Shown: positions 1 through 11,492, counted from the stretch's first letter. The stretch is 64,000 nucleotides of DNA from an uncultured virus (IMG/VR IMGVR_UViG_3300037400_004847) (IMGVR_UViG_3300037400_004847); one strand, 5' to 3'. Made by a program: numbers and translations. Notes: generated by a model from the letters alone, not told the origin.

Positions 1-99
1 AGAAGATATTGTTAATTTCAAGAACACTTGTAATAAAATGGAAAAAACAATAGAATGTTTAAAAGATAATCCATTCTTCACAAAAAACCTACATTAGAA

Positions 100-492
100 T
101 TACTTTTTACGGCTTTCCTTAATTTTAGATAATTTTTCTTTCATTGAACGTTGAATAAGTTTTTTAATAATAATATCCCCATGACATCGTTCATCTGTAT
201 GGCAAAAACAACCGATGAATAACTCATCGTATGTCTTGTAAGCCTCATACATCCTATCCCACTCTTCTCTGAACCTCTGACCTATCTCTGATTCATCTTT
301 AAGCATATTATCAAAATATGGGTCATAAAGGTCTATTGCCTCATCACGTGTTTTTACCTTTATCTGTGCTTTAGTTTCCCTATTTCTTATATGAGTATAT
401 GGATTACCAAATATGTTTGGTCTTGATACGTCAAAACAATTTGGTCCATAATGTTCCTCCTTTAATTTACAATACCTGATTATTTTGCTCAT
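100..492 (-). CDS. DUF4326-like protein
   Basis: Motifs VSRPNIFGNPY and IGCFCH..CHGDII match this phage-common family. Confidence 0.7.
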   Translation of the reverse strand: MSKIIRYCKLKEEHYGPNCFDVSRPNIFGNPYTHIRNRETKAQIKVKTRDEAIDLYDPYFDNMLKDESEIGQRFREEWDRMYEAYKTYDELFIGCFCHTDERCHGDIIIKKLIQRSMKEKLSKIKESRKK

Positions 493-577
493 TTTTCATG
501 AAAATAAAAACCCAACGGTCACACATATTATAGTATAACCGTTGGACAAAACCTTTTGTAATTTACTTTTATTTGTT

Positions 578-1612
578 TTACTTAAAAAGAATACGTGCCA
601 CACGTTGAGAATCATCGCCAGTTACACCAAGACCATTAGCAGACTCAACATTTACGCCACGCCCTTTAAGATATTCTGCAACCACATTTGCACGATTCTT
701 TGACAATTCAAGATTAAACGCTTCAGTACCTTCAGGACTTGCAGTAGCATCAATAGTTACAGTAGTACCGCTTGCGATACCATCAAGAACACTCCTAGCA
801 GCATCAGTAAGAACATAACTTCCTTGTGCAAACGAAACCACATAAGGATTAATGACATCGTTCTTCGCTACTGTAGCCACCGCATTAGTCGCAGGGGCAG
901 TAACTGTCTTCACAACCTCACGTACAACCTCAGTAGGCTTCTTTGCAAGTTCTGCATTAAGACGGTCAATCTCGCCAAGCATTGCACCTACATCATATGT
1001 CTTGAAATGACGTGTACCGTTGGATGTCTTAAAATGATACAAGTATGAAACAGCCACACCAAGTTGAGCACCACGTTTATCAAACTTAATCTTTCCATAT
1101 TTGTTAAGATTCCAATAAACAGCGGGTGTCAAAATCAATGAATGTGATTTTGTCTTACCGAAATTGAACTGCAAATCAAGTCCAGTCTTTGCTGTCATCG
1201 CATTAGCACTTGTATTCCACACATGCATCCAACCAAGGCCGGCATTTGTCTTGAATTCAAGTGTACGTGGTGTGCCGTTGTAGTCTCCGAACAGATTGCT
1301 GAGATTAACGATACCGTTCACTCCCACATTAGTAGCCTTTACAGCAGTATTAATGTCAGTCCAATGGTTGTCGTTAAGGATTGCAACACCCTCAGCCTCA
1401 ATAGCGAGAATTGGGCAGAACTCCTTACCAAACTTCAAACCTGCAACAGGGTTGACAGGGAATACTGAATTGAAATCAAGCGGTGTCGTAGCACCAACAG
1501 TCACTCCGATGTAAGTGTTATCAAACAACTTACTTGTCTGCACAGCAGTCTGTGCGTTCATACTAATGATGGTCATAAATGCCATCAGCAAACTAAAAAT
1601 AAACTTCTTCAT
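578..1612 (-). CDS. OmpA-family outer membrane protein, Bacteroidetes type
   Basis: Signal peptide MKKFIFSLLMAFM..NAQ, a beta-barrel-like middle, and C-terminal ASPEG..FNLELSKNRANVV..YL OmpA-like domain. Confidence 0.85.
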   Translation of the reverse strand: MKKFIFSLLMAFMTIISMNAQTAVQTSKLFDNTYIGVTVGATTPLDFNSVFPVNPVAGLKFGKEFCPILAIEAEGVAILNDNHWTDINTAVKATNVGVNGIVNLSNLFGDYNGTPRTLEFKTNAGLGWMHVWNTSANAMTAKTGLDLQFNFGKTKSHSLILTPAVYWNLNKYGKIKFDKRGAQLGVAVSYLYHFKTSNGTRHFKTYDVGAMLGEIDRLNAELAKKPTEVVREVVKTVTAPATNAVATVAKNDVINPYVVSFAQGSYVLTDAARSVLDGIASGTTVTIDATASPEGTEAFNLELSKNRANVVAEYLKGRGVNVESANGLGVTGDDSQRVARILFK

Positions 1613-1658
1613 AATTTCCTTTACAATTTAAATTTTTCAAGTTTTTATTTAAAGGTTT

Positions 1659-1692
1659 TGCAAATATACTACTTTTATTTTAAAAACACAAA
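1659..1692 (-). promoter_or_regulatory. Bacteroidetes primary-sigma promoter (ompA)
   Basis: Minus strand TTTG (-33) ... TATATTTGCA (-7 TAnnTTTG). Confidence 0.75.
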
Positions 1693-1696
1693 TATT

Positions 1697-2290
1697 TTAC
1701 CAATTTTTTTCTATATACCATTCAGCCGCCTTTCTTGCCTCTTCTTTTGTGTTCCATTTTTGATTATTATTTATATCGACAATATCAAGATTCCCAATTT
1801 TGGCATACCAATGTTCACCACCGTCCCACTGTATATATCTTACTTCAGTAATAGATGGGCGTTCCTCGTCAGGAAAAGTCAATTCATCTTTATACGCTTC
1901 ACCAACAATATGGTAAAATCTTGTATCGATTGTTACAACCGGCATCCCCTTGGTCAAATATATTGTCCGACCTTTAATAAAATCATTAATTCTGTTATTA
2001 TAAGCAATATTTTCAATCTGAACCATATCTGAAATTAGGAAATTCTCAGTTATGGGATGTACTCTCTGTATTGCTTCTTCAAACTCATTTGTCGCATGAC
2101 TAACGCCAAGTTTGCCATTTTCGAATATCCTATGAGCCACTTTCCTCGACCCTTCTCTAATAACAGATGCCGGATATTTCCGCCAATGTTCTTTTATCTG
2201 TTCAACACTATCGGGAGAAAAATACCACACAGAATGGTCATTTTCAGATGGGTTAATTCTCTCAACTTTTACAAATTTATACTTACTCAT
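1697..2290 (-). CDS. Hypothetical protein
   Basis: 197 aa ORF with its own upstream promoter. Confidence 0.7.
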   Translation of the reverse strand: MSKYKFVKVERINPSENDHSVWYFSPDSVEQIKEHWRKYPASVIREGSRKVAHRIFENGKLGVSHATNEFEEAIQRVHPITENFLISDMVQIENIAYNNRINDFIKGRTIYLTKGMPVVTIDTRFYHIVGEAYKDELTFPDEERPSITEVRYIQWDGGEHWYAKIGNLDIVDINNNQKWNTKEEARKAAEWYIEKNW

Positions 2291-2313
2291 AACTTTTTTA
2301 TTTTCAAATTTAA

Positions 2314-2347
2314 TGCAAAGGTAAGTATAATTTTCCGAATATCCAAA
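2314..2347 (-). promoter_or_regulatory. Bacteroidetes primary-sigma promoter
   Basis: TTTG ... TACCTTTGCA with the same spacing as other copies. Confidence 0.75.
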
Positions 2348-2366
2348 TATTTCAAGTTAAAAATGT

Positions 2367-3176
2367 TTAATAATAGTTTTTCCAAAGAGTCTCTATTTTC
2401 GTTTTAGGCTTCCTGTCTCCGCTAATAGTATTTACCATAAATTGAATCTTTAAGAAACCATTATCAGTTAATTTATTATATAATTCATTGTCATAACCAC
2501 TAATTAAAAGTTTAGCCTTACTCCTAATACAAGTATCAATGAACTGTTCTTGCTGTTCATCAGTCATATCGACAACATACCTTTCAGCGGAAGACCTTGT
2601 AGACAATACATAAGGTGGGTCTGCGTATATAAAAACATTAGGCGAACTATACTCATTCATAAGTTTAATCCCATCCCTATGAAGAACCATAACTTTACTT
2701 AATCTCTGATGTATTTCCGGTAATCTATCAACTGTACTAAGATAATCACTTACAGATTTAGCCATATTACGTCTTACAGCCCTATTCATAGAGAAGCCAC
2801 CAATCCCATTATGACTACTGCGATTTACGTAAAAGAAATAAAAGGCTCTCTGTAAATCATCGAGGTCATTCTTTTTCAATTCCTCCCTAAATTCTTGTCG
2901 GAAATACTCGTTATAATATGAACAATCACATAATTTCTTAAACTGTTCAAATAACTTTTCATCAGACAACACCTTAAATAATGAATATACATTATTATAT
3001 AAATCATTATATATTTCTATAGGTGCTATTTTATCTTCAGGTGTATGGAAACCTATTGCAAATGAACCACCAAAAGGTTCTATATATGTATCATATGTTC
3101 CTTTATCCGGAAAATGCTTAATAATATGATTAAACATTCCGTTTTTGCCTCCGAAAAATTTAATTACACTATTCAT
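2367..3176 (-). CDS. DNA adenine methyltransferase (Dam/D12 class)
   Basis: FFGGK, YIEPFGGS, ND, DPPY motifs. Confidence 0.9.
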   Translation of the reverse strand: MNSVIKFFGGKNGMFNHIIKHFPDKGTYDTYIEPFGGSFAIGFHTPEDKIAPIEIYNDLYNNVYSLFKVLSDEKLFEQFKKLCDCSYYNEYFRQEFREELKKNDLDDLQRAFYFFYVNRSSHNGIGGFSMNRAVRRNMAKSVSDYLSTVDRLPEIHQRLSKVMVLHRDGIKLMNEYSSPNVFIYADPPYVLSTRSSAERYVVDMTDEQQEQFIDTCIRSKAKLLISGYDNELYNKLTDNGFLKIQFMVNTISGDRKPKTKIETLWKNYY

Positions 3177-3195
3177 TTAAATATGTTTAGCTAAA

Positions 3196-3789
3196 TTATT
3201 GTGATAACCTTTTATTTCCTATTAATTCACGAAGAAATTCATTTTGTTTCCCACCAATTACATCATTCAACCATTCTTCATGATGTTCATTGTAAGTATA
3301 ATCATTAGGGTCATGGTCAAATTCGCCGGTACAATACATGGTATACATCGGCCTCACTGGATATTTACGATTTCTCCAAATACCAAAATCCGGATAATTC
3401 TTTCTATCAAATACACGTTCATCAACAAGTATACTAATAGATGTTACAATTTCGCCTAAATCTTCTTCTCTAAACACAGCATATTTAACATTGTTTTCAT
3501 CAAGTTCATCAATAATTTTATATAATTCTGGTAGAGTACCGCCATCAAGCATGATAATTGTCTTATCGGCACGACTCCATATTATATACGATTCTTCATC
3601 ACCATATTTAATGGCATATTCAACAATGGAATGTGCAGACTGAACACCTTTCTGAATAGGTGATAGTTGTCTCAACACAAGACAATACATACGATATTTT
3701 CTATCAATTTCGGCGGTATTAATACCAACCTCTAAATTAATAACTTTAGCCATTTCCGGCTTCGTTTCTGTAACTGTTGTTTCAAACAT
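3196..3789 (-). CDS. Peptidyl-tRNA hydrolase II (Pth2)-like protein
   Basis: Pattern MYCLV..LSPIQKGVQSAHS, KTIIML, FREEDL resembles phage Pth2-like proteins; start moved to ATG 3789 downstream of the promoter. Confidence 0.6.
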   Translation of the reverse strand: MFETTVTETKPEMAKVINLEVGINTAEIDRKYRMYCLVLRQLSPIQKGVQSAHSIVEYAIKYGDEESYIIWSRADKTIIMLDGGTLPELYKIIDELDENNVKYAVFREEDLGEIVTSISILVDERVFDRKNYPDFGIWRNRKYPVRPMYTMYCTGEFDHDPNDYTYNEHHEEWLNDVIGGKQNEFLRELIGNKRLSQ

Positions 3790-3809
3790 ATATAAATTCA
3801 CTTTTATGG

Positions 3810-3843
3810 TGCAAAGATACTGCAAATAATGCAAAAAACCAAA
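3810..3843 (-). promoter_or_regulatory. Bacteroidetes primary-sigma promoter
   Basis: TTTG ... TATCTTTGCA. Confidence 0.75.
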
Positions 3844-3889
3844 CAATTAATAAATTTTAACAACTATTTATAATAAAATCTATTTGCAA

Positions 3890-4267
3890 ATGGACCAGAA
3901 GCAATTAAAAAATGAAATAAAAAATATTATTCGTGAAAGCCTCTACGAAAAAGAACTTAGAAATCGAGTAAGAAGTATTGTAAGTGAAGAAATCCATAAG
4001 ATTTTCGAGAAAAAGGCGATTAACGAAGCCGAAAATGGTAATTCAGTCATCAAGCGTAAAGCAGTTATGAATATGCTTAAAGATGACAAATATGACCATG
4101 CTTATCTTGCATATCAATTATGGCATCCGAAAGACGATAATGAAAAAGATACATATCGTTCACTATTCAGTAAGAAAGCCACAGGTAAACCAGATAATGA
4201 TGGTGCTGTAAGGAGTTTTACAGATGAAGAAATAACAAAACTTTATGAGTTAATACGTAAAAACTAA
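3890..4267 (+). CDS. Hypothetical protein (possible internal head protein)
   Basis: ATG at 3890; IKNIIRESL and VRSIVSEEI helices; TATTTAT motif upstream. Confidence 0.6.
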   Translation: MDQKQLKNEIKNIIRESLYEKELRNRVRSIVSEEIHKIFEKKAINEAENGNSVIKRKAVMNMLKDDKYDHAYLAYQLWHPKDDNEKDTYRSLFSKKATGKPDNDGAVRSFTDEEITKLYELIRKN

Positions 4268-4581
4268 TGAAAAAAGAAATACATATTACTGATAAAAAAC
4301 TACGTAGTATCATTAAAGAAGCAATTAATTCTGTATTACTACCATCACAGGAACAAAGGTCTAATCTCTTAACATTTGCGAGAGAATTATCACAAATGCG
4401 TAACAAATGTTATGATTTGGCTTGTAATTTTAAAGGAATCAGTCAAGATACGAGACAAGAACTTATTTCCATAGCCAAAGATTTCGCTTCATTAAGGCAT
4501 AAGTTATTCAATAGTGATACCGGATTAACCGCTTGGGATGACGATGAATATAAATACGAACCAATGTTTGACGAAGATTAA
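4267..4581 (+). CDS. Hypothetical protein (possible internal head protein)
   Basis: TAATG-coupled to the previous gene; N-terminal ITDKKLRSIIKEAI motif. Confidence 0.6.
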   Translation: MKKEIHITDKKLRSIIKEAINSVLLPSQEQRSNLLTFARELSQMRNKCYDLACNFKGISQDTRQELISIAKDFASLRHKLFNSDTGLTAWDDDEYKYEPMFDED

Positions 4582-4598
4582 AAAACATAATTATAATG

Positions 4599-4620
4599 GG
4601 TGATTTTAATTAAAATCACC
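4599..4620. terminator. Hairpin between convergent genes
   Basis: ggtgattttaa/ttaaaatcacc inverted repeat. Confidence 0.5.
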
Positions 4621-4625
4621 AATTT

Positions 4626-5192
4626 TTATCTTCTGCCTATTTTTTTCCAATCTTCTTCCGCATACCATATCCCCTCATAATCATATGATACATATGTCAC
4701 ACCAGACTTAATTCCGCCTCTATCACAGAATTGGTGTAAAATATCTTCAATACTTACAATATTTGTAACAAGAAAATCATCTAACTCTCTCAAATGTTCA
4801 ATTACCTCCTCCGGATATTTTGGACCATCGGTATCTTCTTCAGTACCGCTTATCACTTGGTCTGAACAACCTATAATATGTGCCATTTGGTCATACCAAT
4901 AATCCGCATTGAACAAATCATATGTGTCAATTCCATAATACTTGTCATTATCTTCTATTGCATAAGACTTGGAAAGAATGGATGCACGGTCAATAGATTC
5001 AAGTTTCGATTCTATGTCACGAATAACTGATATGTTTGATTTGTACTCATTTAATCCATCTAACTTTTGACGGATATAATTTGTATATTTCACAAGTTCA
5101 GATTTCTCATGTTTTATCTCTAATGGTTTAAATCTAAGACAACGTATCAACCTAATATGCTCATCTGTAAATGTTATTGTTATTTTTGCCAT
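4626..5192 (-). CDS. Hypothetical protein
   Basis: 188 aa ORF in a tight operon. Confidence 0.7.
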   Translation of the reverse strand: MAKITITFTDEHIRLIRCLRFKPLEIKHEKSELVKYTNYIRQKLDGLNEYKSNISVIRDIESKLESIDRASILSKSYAIEDNDKYYGIDTYDLFNADYWYDQMAHIIGCSDQVISGTEEDTDGPKYPEEVIEHLRELDDFLVTNIVSIEDILHQFCDRGGIKSGVTYVSYDYEGIWYAEEDWKKIGRR

Positions 5193-5197
5193 AATAT

Positions 5198-6079
5198 TTA
5201 AATTTTACTAATTAATGTATGTTTTTTAGCCATTTTTTTCAATGATGAATTAAGAATTTGTCTAACTCTTTCTTTTGAAATATCCATATCAACACCTATT
5301 GTATCAAGACCGGTCTCACAACAATCAATACCATAGAATAGTTTCACTACTTTTTTCTCTTTCTCATTAAGATAATTAAGCAATGTCTTAACTATTTCTC
5401 TAACATCCGATTTATCAGTATTTTCTTCTATATTGTTAGATGATGTAATATTTTCAAACGCTAGTGTGTCTTCACTTAACGCATGTTCGTTAGGTTCAAA
5501 ATATGTATCATCAATCGAAGCCATGGATAAGACTCCTAAATCCTCATTATGAGTAACAACGACCTTATACTCATTTTTAAGAATCTCTTTTAATTCATCA
5601 AAAGTAGGATAACGGTGGTTTTTAATAAAGAACTTGTTTCTGACTTTCGGAACATAAGTATACAACTTTATTGCATTTGCCGGAACAACTGGTTTTTCTT
5701 TAAATACTATATAATCATTTATATATTTTCTTATCCACCAAACAGCATAAGTAATAAATCTCTGCTTCTTATTAAGGTCATAATTATCAATGGCATGTAA
5801 AAGCCCAATATTCGCTTCATTCACAATATCCATAAGGTTATCACCTTTTTGCCAACGTCTTGCAACAGATACCACAAAACGCTGATTGCACTCTACAAGT
5901 TTCTTACGGGCATTTTGTGATATTACTGGATTATTTGATTTCACTCTTTCAAGCAATTTACGTTCCTCATTACTTGAAAGAACAGGATAATCTTTTATAT
6001 CGTCAAAATAGGCAGTTGTTAAATCAGTTCTATTCCAATAACCACAATTTTGTGATTTGCAATCTACAAGAAAACTCAT
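5198..6079 (-). CDS. RNA polymerase sigma70-family factor (regions 1.2-4)
   Basis: NQRFVVSVA, NIGLLHAIDNYD, RFITYAVWWIR, ISKERVRQI. Confidence 0.92.
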   Translation of the reverse strand: MSFLVDCKSQNCGYWNRTDLTTAYFDDIKDYPVLSSNEERKLLERVKSNNPVISQNARKKLVECNQRFVVSVARRWQKGDNLMDIVNEANIGLLHAIDNYDLNKKQRFITYAVWWIRKYINDYIVFKEKPVVPANAIKLYTYVPKVRNKFFIKNHRYPTFDELKEILKNEYKVVVTHNEDLGVLSMASIDDTYFEPNEHALSEDTLAFENITSSNNIEENTDKSDVREIVKTLLNYLNEKEKKVVKLFYGIDCCETGLDTIGVDMDISKERVRQILNSSLKKMAKKHTLISKI

Positions 6080-6618
6080 TATTTCTTCTTTTTAAGTATT
6101 ACAGTACATTTATTCCCCTCATCACGCGGCAACGCTTCTGGCACTGACACATCTGAAAGCATTTCTATAAATTCATAAAGGCATTTTTTAGACTCGTCAC
6201 GGCGAGATAACTCCCTTCCTTTCATAGTTAATACAACCTTAACTTTATCACCGTCAAAAATAAATTTTTTGGCTTTATTAGCCTTAACAAACAAATCATT
6301 TGCGGCAATATTTGTGCTTAATTGTACCTCTTTCAAAACCGTAGATGGTTTTTTGTTATTCTTCATCTGTTTTTTCAATTCATATAGATATTTCGAATAA
6401 TCCTCTATTTTAAGAATTGGAGGGTCTGTTTTTGCATTTATTTCTATCAAATCTTTACCTTCCCTACAAGCCTTTTTACGGGCTTCATCAATAGAAATAA
6501 CGATTGATTTATTCTCACCATCTTCAGACTTAAATACAAGTCTTACTTTCTCACAACCTACAATTTCATCATTGATACGTGGTTCGTCAACGATATTACT
6601 ATTTTTACCTTTAATCAT
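6079..6618 (-). CDS. infC: Translation initiation factor IF-3
   Basis: PRINDEI, VRLV, DLIEI..PPILKIEDYSKYLYE, KEVQLSTNI, GDKVKV..KGRE. Confidence 0.92.
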   Translation of the reverse strand: MIKGKNSNIVDEPRINDEIVGCEKVRLVFKSEDGENKSIVISIDEARKKACREGKDLIEINAKTDPPILKIEDYSKYLYELKKQMKNNKKPSTVLKEVQLSTNIAANDLFVKANKAKKFIFDGDKVKVVLTMKGRELSRRDESKKCLYEFIEMLSDVSVPEALPRDEGNKCTVILKKKK

Positions 6619-6627
6619 GTAATATAT

Positions 6628-7203
6628 TTAAAATTCCAAATATAAATCCTTTATAAGTTCTTTTCTAACCGGCCATAATTGTCTATATTTATCTGGCTCA
6701 GTTGTCTCAAATGCCTTTATTTTATTAAAATACAACCTTATTTCTTTACGTTTCTCCAATTGAAGATAATCATACACATCGACATTCATATTCGGTGTAT
6801 TCCTCTCCATTATATCCAATACTTTTTCACGATTACCATTACCGTCAAATTTTGAACATCCAAGAATGGTGGTTAACACTTTCTTACCTCTAAATTCAGC
6901 ATTTGCCGTAGCCAAAGCATGTTCAAGGGCATCATAATCTACAAATTCTCGTTTACTATTGGGATATTTCGCTATATACAATAATGATATTATAGGTTTC
7001 CCCTGTATCGTCATTCTTTTTCCAAGTTTACGCATATCCCCATAATTCGTAGAATTATTAATTTCTTCAATATATGGATATTTCAATCTCAATTTTGACT
7101 GGAAACCATTCGAAAGCATACAATAAATACTTGTACCAACTAATACTACGTCATATTTATCGGTTTCCCAAATAGCATCCTTATTTTTAATAAAATTAAG
7201 CAT
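6628..7203 (-). CDS. Macro-domain-like protein
   Basis: Pattern SIYCMLSNGF..LRLKYP, DYDALEHAL, ILGCSKFDG resembles divergent phage macro domains. Confidence 0.45.
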   Translation of the reverse strand: MLNFIKNKDAIWETDKYDVVLVGTSIYCMLSNGFQSKLRLKYPYIEEINNSTNYGDMRKLGKRMTIQGKPIISLLYIAKYPNSKREFVDYDALEHALATANAEFRGKKVLTTILGCSKFDGNGNREKVLDIMERNTPNMNVDVYDYLQLEKRKEIRLYFNKIKAFETTEPDKYRQLWPVRKELIKDLYLEF

Positions 7204-7642
7204 TATTATTCATCTTGATTAACGTTTCGTAAAAAATAAGATGTGACGGATGTGTACATTTCTTCAATTCTTCATATGTTAGCCATCTATATGCATCAAT
7301 CTCAGGATTACGCCCATTATCTGCCATATTTGAATGACAATTAGATGGATTAATATTAGGATAATGTAATCCATAAGCGATTACTGTCTTCTTAGGATTC
7401 TGCAAAGATGTACCAAGGGGAATCAACATCTGACTTTTACAGTCTTCCATAGAAAGTCCAGATTCTTCTTTAAACTCTCTAATTGCGGCTGTAATATAAT
7501 TTTCATTCTTTTCTACGCCACCTTTAAGATAAGCCCAATAATTTCGTCCATGCCATCCTATCCCACCGGGATGCCCCACGAAAAATTCCAATTCACCCTT
7601 AAAATTGGTTCTGAACGGTATAATACCAGCCGAATACTTCAT
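7196..7642 (-). CDS. NUDIX hydrolase
   Basis: KYSAGII, HPGG, Nudix box KGGVEKNENYITAAIREFKEESGL, PEID. Confidence 0.9.
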   Translation of the reverse strand: MKYSAGIIPFRTNFKGELEFFVGHPGGIGWHGRNYWAYLKGGVEKNENYITAAIREFKEESGLSMEDCKSQMLIPLGTSLQNPKKTVIAYGLHYPNINPSNCHSNMADNGRNPEIDAYRWLTYEELKKCTHPSHLIFYETLIKMNNNA

Positions 7643-7645
7643 AAA

Positions 7646-8740
7646 TCAACCGAAATTCTTAGTTTTTCTTAGTTTGTCAATAAGTTTTCTCTCATCTGAA
7701 GAAATCGCTATTGGCATCTTATACTTTACAACAATTTTCAAATCACCATACAGCCCATTACTCTTTGCAAGACCTTTTCCTCCTAAGTTAATTACACTGC
7801 CATCTTCAATGCCTTGTCTAAGAGTATACTTATATGTTTTTCCATCAATATGCTTAATAGTCTTTTCACAACCGGTTATACAATCCAACACCGGTGTTTC
7901 ATCAATATATGCCAAATCATAAGGATTATTAGGAATAATCTTAAATTTATTATGTTCTGTAACTTTAAAGTAAAGTATAAGGTCGCCTTCCTGACCTTCA
8001 AGACGTTCACAATAATTACCCTTTCTTGGAATGGTAACAACGGCACCATCAGTTACACCGGCCGGTATATCAATAATCAAAATTTCTTCTTGTAATTCAA
8101 GACCGGTACCGCCACACCTACTACATGGATTACTAATCATCTTACCACTACCATGACAATATGGACAAGGTGCTGACTGTTGCGAGAAACCATATGTAAA
8201 AGTCTGTCTCTGCATAATATATCCACTTCCATGACAATGCGGACACATTCCAACAGAACCACCATTCTTTGAACCTTTTCCATGACATTCGGAACAAGGC
8301 TTAAGTCTGTTATATTTTATTGTTTTCTTTCCCCTTTTATATGTTTCCTCTAATGTCAAAGTAACTCTTACTTTTGCATCAGTACCACGACTTATCGTGG
8401 AATGTCTAAAACTGGATTCAAATCCATCATCAAACATAGAATCGAAACCTCCATGTTTCATAAAATGCTTGATAAATTCATTGATATCGGGACCAGGACC
8501 GTTATTTGAAGAAAAAGAACCATCAACAGTTCCAAACATATCATATTGTTGCCTTTTTTCTTTATCAGACAACACATCATACGCCTCCACCGCTTCTTTG
8601 AATCTTTCTTCCGCTTCTTTATTACCGGGATTTCTATCAGGATGATTTTTAAGGGCTATCTTACGATAAGCCTTGCGTATTTCTTCATCAGTAGCGTTTT
8701 TATTAACACCAAGTATTTCGTAATAATCTCTTTTTGCCAT
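7646..8740 (-). CDS. dnaJ: Molecular chaperone DnaJ
   Basis: J domain with HPD, four CxxCxGxG repeats; start at MAKRDYY. Confidence 0.95.
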   Translation of the reverse strand: MAKRDYYEILGVNKNATDEEIRKAYRKIALKNHPDRNPGNKEAEERFKEAVEAYDVLSDKEKRQQYDMFGTVDGSFSSNNGPGPDINEFIKHFMKHGGFDSMFDDGFESSFRHSTISRGTDAKVRVTLTLEETYKRGKKTIKYNRLKPCSECHGKGSKNGGSVGMCPHCHGSGYIMQRQTFTYGFSQQSAPCPYCHGSGKMISNPCSRCGGTGLELQEEILIIDIPAGVTDGAVVTIPRKGNYCERLEGQEGDLILYFKVTEHNKFKIIPNNPYDLAYIDETPVLDCITGCEKTIKHIDGKTYKYTLRQGIEDGSVINLGGKGLAKSNGLYGDLKIVVKYKMPIAISSDERKLIDKLRKTKNFG

Positions 8741-8763
8741 TTTATTTTCTACTCTTTTCAAAT

Positions 8764-8797
8764 TGCAAAATTACTACTTTCTATCGAGAAAAACAAA
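8764..8797 (-). promoter_or_regulatory. Bacteroidetes primary-sigma promoter (dnaJ-NUDIX-macro-infC-sigma operon)
   Basis: TTTG ... TAATTTTGCA. Confidence 0.7.
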
Positions 8798-8857
8798 GCC
8801 ATGATTAACTTTTTTTCATTATCATGACCTTGTTTAACATTATTTAAGAAATATGAA

Positions 8858-10825
8858 CTACTTTGCATCTTGGATATCGTCATTCGACGATGTGGGCTGT
8901 GCAGTCTGTGTATTTCCTTGCTGTGCTGAAGCATTCTTGAACATATCAGCGAAGTTAGCACCATTAAAAGTACCATTTCCTCCCATAAACTGATTCATGA
9001 AATCAGCACCTCCGTTCTGACCACCGTATGCCTTTGCAGAAATACCATACCACTTCTCTTGCACCTCTTTCTCAACACTATCAAAATTGGTATAGTCATC
9101 AGACTCCTTCATTCTCTTCAAATCATCAATTTTCGCATTGAAGAATGAACGTTCATCATCTGTAATCTTATCCTTAAGGCTCTCCATTGTTTGTTCGGTA
9201 GAGTAAATCAAACTTTCACACTTGTTAGCTTTTTCAAGTTTCTCCTTTGTCTTGGCATCCTCGGCAGCGTGTTCTTTTGCTTCGCGCTTAATACGGTCAA
9301 TTTCATCTTGTGTAAGTGAGGACTTGTTTTCAATTGTAATGTGCTGTTCCTTACCAGTTGCCTTGTCAACAGCAGTAACAGTTACAAGTCCGTCAGCAGA
9401 AATGTCAAACGAAACTTCAATTTGCGGTGTTCCGCGTCTTGCTGGTGCAATACCATCAAGGTTAAACAAACCAATTGACTTATTATCTTTCGCCATTGGA
9501 CGTTCACCCTGCAATACATTAATTGTAACAGCCGGTTGGTTATCAGCAGCAGTAGTAAATATCTGAGACCTACGACATGGAATAGTCGTATTAGACTCTA
9601 CAATAGTAGTCATCACCCCACCCATTGTCTCAATACCAAGGGTCAACGGTGTCACATCAAGAAGAAGCAAATCACTTGCGCCTTCGCCGCCAACGATAAT
9701 ATTAGCTTGCACAACCGCACCCATACTTACGGCTTCATCCGGATTTACACTCTTATTAAGAGGCACACCAAACGTATTAGTAAGTGCATCCTGGAATTCT
9801 GTTGAACGTGACTGACCGCCAACAAGAAGGATGCAATCAAGTTCATTATATGCAACTTTAGCCTTTTTCATTGCCTCAACACCGCACTCAACGGCTCTAT
9901 CTACAAGATGTTTAGTAATTTGTGCAAACTTGGCTTTAGTAAGTGTCAATACGCAGTGCAATGGAGAACCATCTTTAACAGTAATATAAGGAAGGTTAAT
10001 CTCAGTGGAAGGCGATGTTGTCAACTCAATCTTAGCCTTTTCAGCAGCCTCTACAATACGCTGTAATGACTGTGCAGAATCAGAACTATGTCTCAAATCA
10101 GTACCATTCTCTTTATCGAATGAATCAACTATCCATTCAGCAATAGCATTATCAAAATCACTACCACCAAGAAATACGTCTCCATGAGAAGCAAGTACCT
10201 CTACCATACCATCTGATAGTTCACAGACACTAAAATCACATGTGCCGCCACCCAAATCGGCTACTAACACCTTCTTATCACCACTCTTTACATCAATATT
10301 ACTTGCAAGAATAGCGGCAGTAGGCTCATTGATGATACGAAGAACATTCAAGCCACACATTTCACCAGCCAACTTAGTGGCTTCACGGGCATTATTATCA
10401 AACCATGCCGGCACTGTGATAACAGCATCCTTTACATCTTCTCCAAGATAATCTTCAGCTGTTTTCTTCATCTTATTAAGAATATAGGATGAAATTTCCT
10501 CTGGTGAATAATCACGTCCATCAACTCTAACACGTGGTTTACCGGCGACATCCACAACCTCATATGATACGTGTTTTACAATATCACCACATTGGTCATA
10601 ATTTACACCCATAAAACGCTTAATAAGCGAAATAGTAGTCTTAGGATTAACTACACGCTGACGATTAGCAGCAGCACCTACTTTAATATCACCATCTTTC
10701 AGACTAACCACTGAAGGCGTTGTACGACCACCCTCAGAATTAGCGACGATTACAGGTTTTCCACTTTCAATGACAGATACGGCTGAAGTCGATGTGCCTA
10801 AATCAATTCCAATAACTTTTCCCAT
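8858..10825 (-). CDS. dnaK: Molecular chaperone DnaK (Hsp70)
   Basis: [48 protein letters not shown]. Confidence 0.97.
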   Translation of the reverse strand: MGKVIGIDLGTSTSAVSVIESGKPVIVANSEGGRTTPSVVSLKDGDIKVGAAANRQRVVNPKTTISLIKRFMGVNYDQCGDIVKHVSYEVVDVAGKPRVRVDGRDYSPEEISSYILNKMKKTAEDYLGEDVKDAVITVPAWFDNNAREATKLAGEMCGLNVLRIINEPTAAILASNIDVKSGDKKVLVADLGGGTCDFSVCELSDGMVEVLASHGDVFLGGSDFDNAIAEWIVDSFDKENGTDLRHSSDSAQSLQRIVEAAEKAKIELTTSPSTEINLPYITVKDGSPLHCVLTLTKAKFAQITKHLVDRAVECGVEAMKKAKVAYNELDCILLVGGQSRSTEFQDALTNTFGVPLNKSVNPDEAVSMGAVVQANIIVGGEGASDLLLLDVTPLTLGIETMGGVMTTIVESNTTIPCRRSQIFTTAADNQPAVTINVLQGERPMAKDNKSIGLFNLDGIAPARRGTPQIEVSFDISADGLVTVTAVDKATGKEQHITIENKSSLTQDEIDRIKREAKEHAAEDAKTKEKLEKANKCESLIYSTEQTMESLKDKITDDERSFFNAKIDDLKRMKESDDYTNFDSVEKEVQEKWYGISAKAYGGQNGGADFMNQFMGGNGTFNGANFADMFKNASAQQGNTQTAQPTSSNDDIQDAK

Positions 10826-10846
10826 ATTTCTTTTATATTTTAAAAA

Positions 10847-11431
10847 TTAATTAAAAATATTCTTAATATTATTCAATTTCTTTGCAAGTTCCTCATTTTC
10901 CTTACGAAGATTCATATTCTTATTTTCAAATTCCTGAACCTTATTATTGTATTTGTCAAGCAACTTGTCATACAACTCTTTATAATTAAGATTATTCTGA
11001 TTATTCTTCACGGCCATTTTGTCTGTTTCCCCTTTCTTCTCAACTTTCCTAAATGAAAGAACCATTTCTTTCTTTTCTTTATCAATAGTTTTTTTCACAC
11101 TATCAAGGTCACAATCCTCCGGAACCGTCATTGCAAATCTTCCATAATAATTACATGATGAAATGCCATTTGTCTTTTTCCAATCCTCGTACACATTTAT
11201 TGAGAGGAAATGCTTTTCATTGTCTGTTTCGACATTGACAGTATCACGAACATCGTCATACTTTACAGTTATCTCATACTTACCATCATTCTCTTTAAGT
11301 TCATAATGAGGTTTCAACCAACTGTAATCAGTAAAATAAGTCGTGATTTTCTCATCAAAATTTTCAAAAACATCGCTCATAAATGAAGCAAAATTGCTTC
11401 CAGACATTTTACTTAAACCAAAGTTTTCCAT
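10847..11431 (-). CDS. Possible small heat-shock (Hsp20-like) protein with coiled-coil tail
   Basis: Alpha-crystallin-like pattern (ELKENDGKYEITV; RFAMTVPEDCDLDSVK); first gene of the dnaK unit. Confidence 0.45.
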   Translation of the reverse strand: MENFGLSKMSGSNFASFMSDVFENFDEKITTYFTDYSWLKPHYELKENDGKYEITVKYDDVRDTVNVETDNEKHFLSINVYEDWKKTNGISSCNYYGRFAMTVPEDCDLDSVKKTIDKEKKEMVLSFRKVEKKGETDKMAVKNNQNNLNYKELYDKLLDKYNNKVQEFENKNMNLRKENEELAKKLNNIKNIFN

Positions 11432-11492
11432 AATTCTATTTTATTATATGCGTTTATTTTTCTTTTTTTATTATTTTTCACCATACATTATC

